Below, piece by piece: positions 1 to 10,513 of a stretch of DNA of 64,000 nt. This DNA is from Catajapyx aquilonaris (lineage: Eukaryota): NCBI GenBank assembly GCA_000934665.2, contig KZ537981.1, forward strand, positions 62,001 through 126,000, read 5' to 3'. Numbering within the stretch: position 1 is the first letter of the stretch; every line of letters begins with the position of its first letter. The translations under genes and the position numbers were made by a program. Under the pieces are notes generated by a model. It had not been told where the DNA came from. It saw only the letters and a program-made list of their open reading frames with translations, and searched no databases.

Positions 1-1576
1 ATGAGTAAGGAGCGTGAAAATTGAGCAATTAATTTGTAGGAAATGAATCAAATCCGGTTTGAATTTATAGACTCAAGTTATTACCCGTTTTTGAGCAAAT
101 TGCGCAGAAACCAATATTCCCGTAAGATTGCAGCAGGGTAGCCAGATGAACAAGGCTAAAAATTCTTTAAATATATAATTTGTTAAAATCTCATTTTTTA
201 AATATAATATCTTACAACGCACCCAGCAGCTTCGTACTTTACACATATACATATGTTTACTCTACATATGTTTTTCAAGACGAAAAAACCGACAAATGTA
301 CACCTTCCGCCTTCCCAATCTCCACCATTCATTATTTTACACATACAAACACGATTCTATGTACAAGAATCTTCATTATAATAACAAGGTTTTGCGCATC
401 TGGCAACCTCAATACTCTGCAGCCTTACACGGCCTGTGTAATACAGCGAGGGGGGACCACTTTGTCCGAAACTTTTCTGTTGGGAACGAAACCAGCTGGC
501 AACACCGGTTGCCATGTGCATGTTGCAATGAGTTGATTTGCGAGGATGGCAAGATATGAACGGAATGTATTTTTTTAAAAAGCCTCTCGGATGCCACAAT
601 CACGAATTTTTAGTCAAACTATAAAAAAAAGTGAGGGTTTGTGGGTATAGGGGGCCGCCCCTGGTGTTTTTTGAGATTAAAGATAGCAGAGTCACACTGG
701 TTCAGGGGCGGAAGGGTCGAAACATAAAACTTTGCAAAAATTTTCCCGTTAGTCCCTGACACTGCATATTGCTTTGGGGTTGTTTTTCTTCAAAAAAGAC
801 ACACCACAATACAGGGATCCCGTTAAACCGATGCCAGGGGGGTCAAAGGTCATAGGTCACACAGAGACTCTCACATTTGAGTCCGGTTGGGGGGGGGGGG
901 GNCAGGTGGAGGGGCAAAAATGTGGACAAATTGAACGGTGCAAACCAGCAAAAATCTCATTTTTGGCCCTAAGATGTCCAAAAGCGCGTTATGACGAAGG
1001 AGGTTTTTTTTCGCATTTTGTGTGTATTTTTTTTTGCAAGCAATTGCCTATCCTTCACTAGGCTCCGTCAGTTCAAGGGGTGGGAAGGGAGGGTGGGTCT
1101 ATTTTTAGCACTTTTTCATTACTTTTATGCATTTTTTGGAGGGGGGAAGGGTAAAAGGATTTATTAAGGGTATAAAGTGTGCAATCTCCAAAGTACCTTT
1201 TCACCCGGATAGATGTCACTGCTAGTCTATAGGCGAGGGTGATGCGACGTTGCAACAGTGGCGGTGTTGCCACACGTAAAAATTGGCTCTCGCTGCGCTT
1301 CATCTCGTTAAGTTTGCAAGCCTGATATAGTCTACTATTAATAGTGCTTAGAAACACTGCCGGTCACGATATCCAATCAAGTAGCAATTCAATCGACTTA
1401 ATTTTAAAGTATGATTTAATAAATTTAAGTAATTAATACACATTAAGCATACTTTAAGAAATTTAGGTAAATAATATAAATGAAATATCATTTGATGAAT
1501 TTAAGTAACGAATATATTAATGTGTATAAAAGGCAAAGGTTGTCGTTGTGTCCCATTCCCCTCTACCACCCTACTC

Positions 1577-1642
1577 TGTGCCATAGCAACAGGTCGCCAT
1601 GGCAACTGGGTCACCATGACAACAGTGTGTTACCATAGCAAC
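1577..1642. promoter_or_regulatory. Cluster of four RFX X-box-like palindromes
   Basis: TGTGCCATAGCAAC, GTCGCCATGGCAAC, GTCACCATGACAAC and GTTACCATAGCAAC in tandem. Confidence 0.55.
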
Positions 1643-2277
1643 GGGGTTCTTCCATTCCCGTGTACGAAGAGCGGGTATAAACCTGTTGGTATGTTAAATA
1701 TAATATTCTACATGTTTAAGTAGTGCATACAAATTAAATGTCATTTAATAAATATAATTAATATTGCTAGGCTTACTCGGGCTTTTTCTGTGAAAGCCTT
1801 TGACTGGGTTTTGATTTGAGGAGAACCCCCGAGAAAAACCACACGATCACTGAGAGAACTGTGTCGTAAAAACATTTCAGCAGTTTACCATTGGTGGGTT
1901 TTTGATCACGTGACCAGCAGGGTTGCCACATTTGTCATGTATAATCGGCTGTGCCTCGTCCCGGACGCCCCTAAAAACTCGTTAACTTTTTTTTTGTTGT
2001 AATTAATTAAAAAACGGACCCGCATTATGGGTCTTGTCTTATCCATTTCGTCACTGCGGCATTGTTACCATGCCCCAAAAAAGTGACATTATTTTTTTGT
2101 ACAAAGAACAACAAATGGTGAGTAAATTTTTGAAAGGTGGTACTTCTCTCTCTCTCCGAAAAAAAAAAAAGTGCGCATTTTTCAATATATGTATTTTTTT
2201 TTTGAAAATTTGAGTTTGCACCCTTCTCGACCCGAGGGGAGATGTTTGAGGTGGGGATTGAGGATATTTGGGGTGGG

Positions 2278-2358
2278 NNNNNNNNNNNNNNNNNNNNNNN
2301 NNNNNNNNNNNNNNNNNNNNNNNNNNNNNNNNNNNNNNNNNNNNNNNNNNNNNNNNNN
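2278..2358. other. Assembly gap (N run)
   Basis: N run flanked by G-rich sequence. Confidence 0.99.
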
Positions 2359-2614
2359 GGGTCTGTCCCCAGCTCACAGTCACAACAGTCGTTTTGACAG
2401 GGCGTGTTAGTCATTGTTGGTGGGGGGATATATTTTTTGGTGGGGGACGGGGGGGGGTCAAGGGAAGGGGAGGGAAGAGAGGGGGGAGGGGACACGGCGA
2501 CCACCATCACTGTCACTATTCACCAATCACCACTCACAGATGGGGGATGTTAGGACCGCCGCCTTCCTGCAAAAAGAGACAGAAATGTGGGTCTTCAGCA
2601 GTACAGACCTGCCG

Positions 2615-4072
2615 TCCCAAGAAGAAACGCCACATGTCCATGGGTTTGTAGAAAGGGCATTTCTCATTGGGATGGTGATTCGACGCGTATGAGCGAGCCC
2701 AACCCAATGAGAAACGCCCTATATGTGCAAACCCTGTACTTACGACGCGACGTTTCTCCAAAACCAGTAAGGAGGTTTGCAGATAGGGCGCTTCATCTTA
2801 TGACTGTGCTTCGAATGTATGACCCGACCCAAGGAGATGCGCCATATATGTCCATTGGTGTGCACATAGGGCGTTTCTCCTTGGGACGATGATTCAACGC
2901 GTATGAGCGAGCCAGACCCAAGGAGAAACGCCCTATGTAGATGGGGCGTTTCTCCTTTGGGGCGAACATTCAACGCGCATGAGCGATCCCGACCTAATGA
3001 GAAACTAACTCCCGGTGTCCATGGTTGTGCGCATATGACGTTTCTGCTTGGGACGATGATTCAACGCGTATGAGCGAGCCAGACCCAAGGAGAAACGCCC
3101 TATGTAGATGGGGCGTTTCTCCTTTGGGGCGAACATTCAACGCGCATGAGCGATCCCGACCTAATGAGAAACTAACTCCCGGTGTCCATGGTTGTGCACA
3201 TATGACGTTTCTGCTTGGGACGATGATTCAACGCGTATGAGCGAGCCAGACCCAAGGAGAAACGCCCTATGTAGATGGGGCGTTTCTCCTTTGGGGCGAT
3301 CATTCAACGCGCATGAGCGATCCCGACCTAATGAGAAACTAACTCCCGGTGTCCATGGTTGTGCGCATATGACGTTTCTCCTTGGGACGATGATTCGAGC
3401 GTATGAGCGAGCCAGACCCAAGGAGAAACGCCCTATGTAGATGGGGCGTTTCTCCTTTGGGGCGATCATTCAACGCGTATGAGCGAGCCAGACCCAAGGA
3501 GAAACGCCCTATGTAGATGGGGCGTTTCTCCTTTGGGGCGATCATTCAACGCGCATGAGCGATCCCGACCTAATGAGAAACTAACTCCCGGTGTCCATGG
3601 TTGTGCGCATATGACGTTTCTCCTTGGGACGATGATTCGAGCGTATGAGCGAGCCCGACCCAATGAGAAACGTTCTATGTTCATGGTTTTGAAGATGGGG
3701 CGTTTTTTCTTGGGACGGCGATTCAAGCATATGAGCGAGCTAGACCGACCCGAGGAGAAACGTCATATGCCCATGGTTTTAAACATGTGGCGTTTCTCCT
3801 TGGGGCGGTGATTCGAGAGTATGGGCTTGACCCAAGGAGAAATGGTTTTTAACATAAGGGGTTTCTGCTTGGGACGGTGATTCAAGCGTATGAGCGAGCC
3901 CGACTAGATGAGAAAAGCCCAATGGTTGAGATATGGCGTTTCCCCTTGGGATACGGGTGTGTATGAGCGAGCCCGACCCAAGGAGAAACGCCCTATGTCC
4001 ATGGTTTTGCACATTGGGCGCTTCTCTTTGGGTGGGTGATACATGGGAGCGTATGAGCGATCCCGACCTGAC
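2615..4072. repeat. Palindromic minisatellite with about 80-88 bp monomers and a 167-bp dimeric higher-order unit
   Basis: TTCAACGCGTATGAGCGAGCCAGACCC recurs at about 2893, 3060 and 3227. Units carry AAGGAGAAACGCCC-loop-GGGCGTTTCTCCTT. The edges are degenerate. Confidence 0.92.
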
Positions 4073-4080
4073 ATGCGCTG

Positions 4081-5012
4081 CTATGAGGTGGGCAGGTGTC
4101 TGGCTCCGGAAGCAGCGCTCGAAGACACGTTGGGTTCCTTGTCCAGCAGACGCGTCTCCTCCGACGGGGAGTAGTCGGCGAAAAGAAAGTCCTCGTAGTC
4201 GAGCCGTCCGCTTCTCCCGCCGCCGCCGCCGCTACGAGCGAGGGCAGAGGGCGACGGGGTCTGGGAGGGGCCCGACGGGGGCGGCGGAAGGAGCAGCGGG
4301 GCCTGCTGCATGGGCCGCCCTCCGCTCCTGAGCGTCTCCATCTGCTGTCCGCACATGCAGACCGCGCCCCTGGAGGTGGACTGGGCCACCTGGTTGAAGG
4401 GGCAGTGCGGGTTGCAGCACCTGGGGGCCGAGGCGGCGCTCCCTGCCACGGCCACCACCGTGTCCCTGGAGGTCGGGGTCAGCGTGCCCTGGCTGGACTC
4501 GCTGGACTTGCTGCTGGCCCGCTCCAGCCGCTCCTTGGCCCTGTTCTCCACCGCGCTCTCGTCCCGGGCCGCCTTCTCCTGCTGGTACTCGCTCAGGAGG
4601 TCAGCCAGCAGGTCGGCCCGGGGCAATGGCGATTTGAGCACCCGGGGGCGTCTGGACGCGTCCGGATCGTCCCCCACTCCGACGAACTTGATTGGCAGCG
4701 CCTGGGGCTTGGTTCCGATTCGTGGGCCGATCCCTTTAGGCTGCTGAGTGGCGGATCGGACCGGTCCGGGCGTGGCAGGGGGCGGGGCCAGTGGCGGAGG
4801 GGCGTGGTCGGATCTGGGCGCGGTGGGCGGGGTTGGCGTGGCCGAGCTGACGTCTGGGATCAGCTTCTCGGTCTCAGGGTCGTCTGACTTGTGACCGCTC
4901 TCGGACTTCTTCAGGATCGACTTCTTCTTCTCCGGAGGGCTGCCTCCAAGCGAGCGACGGCTATCCAGCGACTCTTCTCCGGACAGGGACGTCTTGGAGC
5001 CAGTCTTCGCTG
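4081..5012 (-). CDS. Shab: Shab terminal coding exon of the long isoform
   Basis: Acceptor TTTCAG|CAG fits phase 1. Encodes KKKSILKKSE...DPETEKLI and a Pro/Ser-rich tail, ending at TAG 4083-4081. GC-rich 310-codon open frame. Confidence 0.85.
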
Positions 5013-5879
5013 CTGAAACCAACCACGAATGCGTCAGGAGAGTGCCCGAAGGATGACACAGACCAACAAGCAAAGCACACTGTCCACATCAACCGCACAC
5101 GAAGGGATTGTTTAACCCAGTATAACCAGAAGTAACTGCTGGCCACATGATTCAAATCCCTCGGATTGCTGGCCTTGATTGGACGATTGGTATCACGTTG
5201 CCATTGCGACGTTTGGAGTTAAGGCAGCACACGTATAGCCACAATGGAGAGCGTTATATTGCAGCTATTCGCCCTTGCAATACTATAATTAGGCATTCCG
5301 CATTGCCTCCCCGCCTGGGATATTCGCAAACTCCCACCCGCCCTTCCCCTGCTTTAAAAATGTCAGATATTGTGCAAGTTGGCAGTAAATGTCTTCAACC
5401 TGTTCATATATTTTTAAAAAAAGAGGCAATGGGACGCTGCGTGCACATTATTGCATTTTTTGCACGCGAAAAAAAAGCCAGGTTGTCGGTTAGGATGGTT
5501 TTTGCGTCATGGAGGTTTTTAGCAATGGGGTCCGGGTGTGTTCATCGCGTGCGACCTTCCTCCCGTTTTCTCTCTCCTTTTGATCGCATCGCGTGCCAAG
5601 GCGGAGAGGTCGCAGGAAGTGACGTCAGCACAAGTGATGAATGAGTGGGGGTGTGCTCCTGGTCATGCCCCGAAAAATAAATATTTTTTAAAAAAAAGGC
5701 GTTGGGAGGAGGTGGAGGAGGGAAGGTTAGTTATCACCGCCACTCCCACTGGATGCCCTACCTCCAGTTTAAATTTTTTTTGGCGTAAGCCAGGGGAAGA
5801 AACCCGTCCTTTTAAAGGATCATTTCCAAAGCAGCAAGTGGAGCCAGCTGTTATCGAGAAAGACAAGTCACTCGAAAAG

Positions 5880-6230
5880 ATGGCTTCTCGCCGAAGGGAA
5901 CGCATTTCAGAAATTAGCAATATGACCTCTCCCCGGTGAGAAGCTATTCTAACAATATGGCTTCTCCCAGATGAGACGCCATTTCAGTAACATTGCGTAT
6001 CTTCTGGGAGAAGCTATTTTAATAACATGCCTTCTCTTCGGAGGGAAGCTATTCCATTAATATTACTTCTCTTCGGAGAGAAGCTATTCTGGTAACATGA
6101 CGTCCCTCAGCGAGACGCCATTCCAGTCATACATGGCTTCTCTTCGGAGAGAGATCATTTCATTGGCAATTTCAAAGGGCACATTCGGTAGAGAGTCATG
6201 CTATAGGCAGAGTAAAGAAATGGCTTCTCT
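5880..6230. repeat. Degenerate tandem repeat of about 37 bp (GAGAAGCTATT...ATGACTTCTCTTCG)
   Basis: Recurrent GAGAAGCTATT and GCTTCTC motifs. Boundaries approximate. Confidence 0.7.
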
Positions 6231-6428
6231 ACCTGATCCATCCACATGTTAAAAGCCACACAACATGAGCCACAGTCCAGTCGGGCCCAGTCTTTTTGAA
6301 CAAATCCTGATTGGTTCATGCTAGAGAGAGTCTAACCAAAGATTACCCACCGATTGCGGTAATCTTCGAGTTGTCGGTATCAAACCGCGGGGATGTGGAT
6401 GACTGAGTTTAGTCGAATGAGAGCTGAC

Positions 6429-6615
6429 CTTTCTTGGCGCCTCCGAGCGAGGAGAGGCCGAAGAGGTGCTGGTTGAGGAGGCGAGTGGCCGAGGCCAGGC
6501 TCCTGCTCGGGATGAAAGAGTGTCTGCGACCTTTCTTCTCCTTGCGGGCCAGGCTGTCCTGTGACCCCTGCCACTGCTGGTGCTCGTCGTCGAAACGCTG
6601 ACGGGGCTGCGGGTC
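6429..6615 (-). CDS. Shab: Shab long-tail exon (DPQPRQRFDDE...SFIPSRSLASATRLLNQHLFG...KK)
   Basis: Acceptor CTTTTATTTGGCAG|GAC, donor AAAG|GTCAGC. 187 nt open, phase 0 to 1, joining both neighbours in frame. This frame is absent from the ORF track. ATR..NQHLFG is recalled from insect Shab tails. Confidence 0.85.
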
Positions 6616-6699
6616 CTGCCAAATAAAAGATAAAGGATCAGCGAATCATCACCAGCGGCGTAAGTCCTGTCGATACTCACAATCGGCACCATTATTAAG

Positions 6700-7180
6700 A
6701 CTCTTTCCAGAGGCCAAAACGTCTCGCCGAAGGGAACGCATTTCACTTCTCCCCGGAGAGAAGGCGTTTCAACAACATGACATCTCTTTGGGAATAAGCT
6801 ATTTTGGAAATATGACGTCTCTTCAAGGAGAAGGCATTACAGTAGCGGGGGAAGCTAATTTATATAATACGTATGACGTTTCGGCAGGGAGAAGCATTTC
6901 CAGTAGCAAGCGTTCTCTCCGGAGAAAAGCTATTCTAGTAATATTGCTTCTCTTCGGGTAGGAGCTAATTTAGAAACACGCCATCTCTTCTGGGAGAAGC
7001 CTTTCCAGTACCATACGTTCTCTCCGGAGGAAAGCTATTCTAGTAATATGACTTCTCTTCGGAAGGAAGCTACTTCAGGAATATTGCGTCTCTTCATGGA
7101 GAAGCCATTCCAGTAGCACGCGTTCTGTCCGGAGGGAAGCTATTCCAGTAATATGACTTCTTGTCAGGGAGAGACTTTCA
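6700..7180. repeat. Second block of the same ~37-bp degenerate repeat
   Basis: Same motifs. TCGCCGAAGGGAACGCATTTCA is shared with the block near 5890. Confidence 0.75.
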
Positions 7181-7234
7181 TTTGCACTTTGTGCCAGTTC
7201 TGCCTGGGCAGCTAGCCCCTCTGGACCAACCCAC

Positions 7235-7933
7235 CTGCTGGAACCGGGTCCTTCTCCGCCTTGAGGCCGGTGACTCCACCAGGCTTCCCCTGCTGCCCCT
7301 GCACTCTCTCTCCTCCGCCAGCTCCCTCAGGGCCGTCTCCAAGGCGGCGTCTCCAGAGGCGCTTCTGACAGCCGCCCTTACGCTCCCTTGCTTGATGGCC
7401 TTTGGCGATCCTCCGCCTCCTGACTCGGGCTCAGGTTGCGGCTGGCACTGGCAGGCCCTTCGACTTTTGGCCATAACTTCGTCCGACGCCAGCGGGTTTA
7501 TGTACAGGTTGTTGACGTCCCCTCCGTTCCCTCCTCCTCCGTTGTTGGTGTTCCCTCCTCCCCCACCGACTTCCCCGTCGCCCAACATGGCGGGCGAACT
7601 GGCGGAGAAGTCGAGCCAGTCCACGTCGATCAGCTCCTGGGAGAGGAATGGGTGTGTGTTGCAGCTTGCATAGGTGTCCGAGCTGTCCATGGTGTCCACG
7701 CTGGCCATGTCCGGCCCCGGGGCGGCTGCGGCGGCGGCGGCTGATGCTGCTGCGGACGACGGGACGACGGACGTCTGGTAGGCGGAGTGTGGCCCCGTGG
7801 TCATCCCTAGGCCGCCGATGAGTGGAGGGGCTTCGGACATGGCCCTCATGTACGAGCTCAGGGCCTTCATCTCGATGTCGTAGCTGCCCGGCTGGTGGAA
7901 GCCATTCTCCGCAGAGATGAACTCGCGGAAGTC
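7235..7933 (-). CDS. Shab: Shab long-tail exon with PRC-like motif (alternative upstream acceptor at 8001)
   Basis: DFREFISAEN...DMASVDTMDSSDTYASCNTHPF...RRRTRFQQ. Acceptor TTGGCAG|GAC, phase 0. Donor CAG|GTGGGT, phase 0. 233 open codons with GC-rich codon usage. Confidence 0.85.
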
Positions 7934-9124
7934 CTGCCAATACCAGACCATGCACTCTTGGTGCTCGTTCCATGACGTGACATGAACAATGCAGGTGGCG
8001 TCTTAAGAGTAAGGGCAGGTCCAACTGGTCCCCAAAATTGCTTCCCCTTCCCCCCTGGGATCCACCTGGGATGACGTAGTAGGGAAGAGCCCTAAAGGAT
8101 ATTGCATCGCTACTCCAAGATTAAAGTTGCATCAAGGCCTCCGGGCCACGCTCTTATATTGCTCGACACCCACCCACCCACACCCCCTTGCCCTCCAGCG
8201 GTTGGTATACTTCCCTGGCTCTTCTGATGCTGCTCTTCTCTCGTCCGCTCACTCCTCACTCGACCTCATCTCACAGCCTGCCTCATAACCCTTAATCAGA
8301 GAAACTTCACAACAATACGTACATTTTTGAGCGTTACCTATACACTAACAGCTACTTTCTGATGGCCGCTAATAGGAACTGCTTAAAACAAGCAGCTTAC
8401 CTGTTAGGGTCAAAAATCGCCAACTGAAATCGCAGGCTAATCTTATGGTAAGGCGCTTTGGACACTTTGCTACATCAACTGATCATATGCCCTTAGAAGG
8501 GTTAACCTATAAGTTTGTCTGGACCATTATGACACTACATGAAAGGTATAAAACTAGACCAAACTCTACCCGGACAATGCAACAACGTACCCATTCTGAT
8601 GAATCCTTGTCGTTATGACCATACCTTATCTTATACAGTATTGAGTATTAGGGTAACAAAGCTGAGACCTCCCACCAACAGGATGTTATTAACTTAATTA
8701 AGTATGTTAACCTGTAATCTCTAGTCACAAAACAGTCCCCATATGAATGTGTGTCACATTTGCGGCCCTGGAACGAGCAAGCGTGCTCGCTACAGGGCCT
8801 CTGTTGCGCTGTGTTGCCATTTCTCCATGAAATTGATCCCGATATGAAATGTGTATACTCAGCACTTCGTATGAAGTACTCGGCCCTGGAGCGATCATAT
8901 ATAATGCTCGCTCGAAATGAGATGTTACATGAAATATGTGCAAGAACGAAAAACGGCGTCGAGAGATGTGGCAACACCGCGCGGCTGCAGCCCTGCAACG
9001 AGCATTCAAGGCCCACGTTTCGCGTTGTTGCCACATCTCCCTTTTGCCTCTTTTGCATACGATTTGATGGTCTTTCCCCCCATATCCCACATGATTCCCT
9101 CCCAGCATCCATCAGTTGACTCAC

Positions 9125-9206
9125 CTGAGCTCGTCACCTTGGGCAGCTACGTATTTTTGTTGTGAAGAGGGATAGCCTCCCCCTGGTTCCCCTCTCGCGA
9201 ATCGCC
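9125..9206 (-). CDS. Shab: Shab alternative exon encoding a short C-terminus GDSREGNQGEAIPLHNKNT* (TAG at 9149-9147)
   Basis: Acceptor GTTACAG|GGC and consensus donor CAG|GTGAGT. The phase-0 peptide resembles the recalled end of the short Drosophila Shab isoform (GECIPLRANSV*). Not in the supplied ORF track. Confidence 0.75.
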
Positions 9207-9976
9207 CTGTAACATAATGCATCGGCAGGGTTTATCCTACAACCATCGGCTCTCTTCTATTGGCCCACCAATGATTGACGGACTCATCCAAACAAATTAA
9301 TAAGAAGAGTGGGGAGGGAGGGGGGGAGGACTTTGATCAAAAACTCAAGATGATGCCAATTTATAACAAAAATTAATCCCACATGCTTGTATCAAAAATT
9401 GTGTGTTTTTTTGACAAAGATTGGGGTAGAAAAAAATGGGGGGAGTATTTATCATCTCACAAACAAATAATACAAAGCTAATATTTACATCTAATTGAAT
9501 AGTTATATTGTAGGTGATTTTAATGCTAATTTCGGTATTTACAATATGTACAGAGTTGAAAGCTTTTAACGCGTGAGACGTGGCGCGTGGTGGTCAAGGC
9601 CGGTTAACAGAAATCATAGCAAAATCACAGATCATGAGTTCATGACTCTGGAAGTACTGTACATTGAGGAAAACGATGTCAGTTCAGACTGTCGGTACAA
9701 AGTAGAGCATGAGGACTGTGCAGAAGGATATCGCTTCTTATCTCATTAGATGGCAGAACTATTGGTTGAGATGGCCTTTTCGCCAGATCATAACGTTCCG
9801 ACTCGTCCCGGACCGTTGTTCCCGTCTGTTCGCGCAAAACAGTGCGTTTGTCCACCGCACGCCACTTGCAAAAAAAACTCATAAAGCCAGCGTTCAAAGT
9901 GTGTGCGTAAAAAAAAAAGGCTGACCTCTTCTCCACACGCGTGCAAATACAAAGGACAAGCAGTCCCACAACTTAC

Positions 9977-10066
9977 CATGGGTTTAACAGTGTGCAAAAG
10001 TGTCCTTGCACGCGTGTGTTGGGGAAGAGGTTGGAAAAGCAGCGGCTGGCAACACTGGTGGTGAAG
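9977..10066 (-). CDS. Shab: Candidate 90-nt symmetric cassette exon of Shab (LHHQCCQPLLFQPLPQHTRARTLLHTVKPM)
   Basis: Long polypyrimidine tract ending TTTTACAG|, donor ATG|GTAAGT, exactly 30 open codons in phase 0. No homology recognised. Confidence 0.5.
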
Positions 10067-10513
10067 CTGTAAAACCAGAAGGAAGCGGAGAGAAGGAGAA
10101 AAGTCAAGAGTGCCAAGGGAAGAAAACCAATGTCAAACAAGGAAGGTGCGAGAATAGCCGGGGGGCGAAAACTCCCCCAGTTAATCAAACTTGTGTTAGC
10201 GATAATTTAAATAATTGAATAACAGCTTTCTTTATTATTTCTATTAAAAAACCATGCAGCGAGCGAGCGCCATGGCCATGTAGGATAAAACATTGCCTTG
10301 GAGTGTTAAACCGTCACGTTCCATGAGACTTTCCGGTGTGCGGCTAGTGCGCTCGAAAACGCAGCTCTTTGCTTTGCTAAACTTCCGTCACTGAGCTTCG
10401 TGCATAGACCGGGGGGTCCATATTATACCCTCCAGTTAGTCGGTTGGGTCAACACCGCCAGCAAAAATCAAATTTTTGGAGAATAAAGTACCTCCAACCC
10501 TGTGTGTCACGTG

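Noticed and set aside
2615..4072. CRISPR array or hammerhead/retrozyme (CTAATGAGAAAC resembles CUGANGA-GAAA)
   Set aside because: There are no unique spacers. The core is CUAAUGA rather than CUGANGA, and there is no stem II between the boxes.
4096..4887. Long plus-strand ORFs antisense to Shab exons (also 18102-18617, 22856-23392, 28020-28490, 29551-30159)
   Set aside because: They are shadow ORFs of GC-rich coding exons with no recognisable domains.
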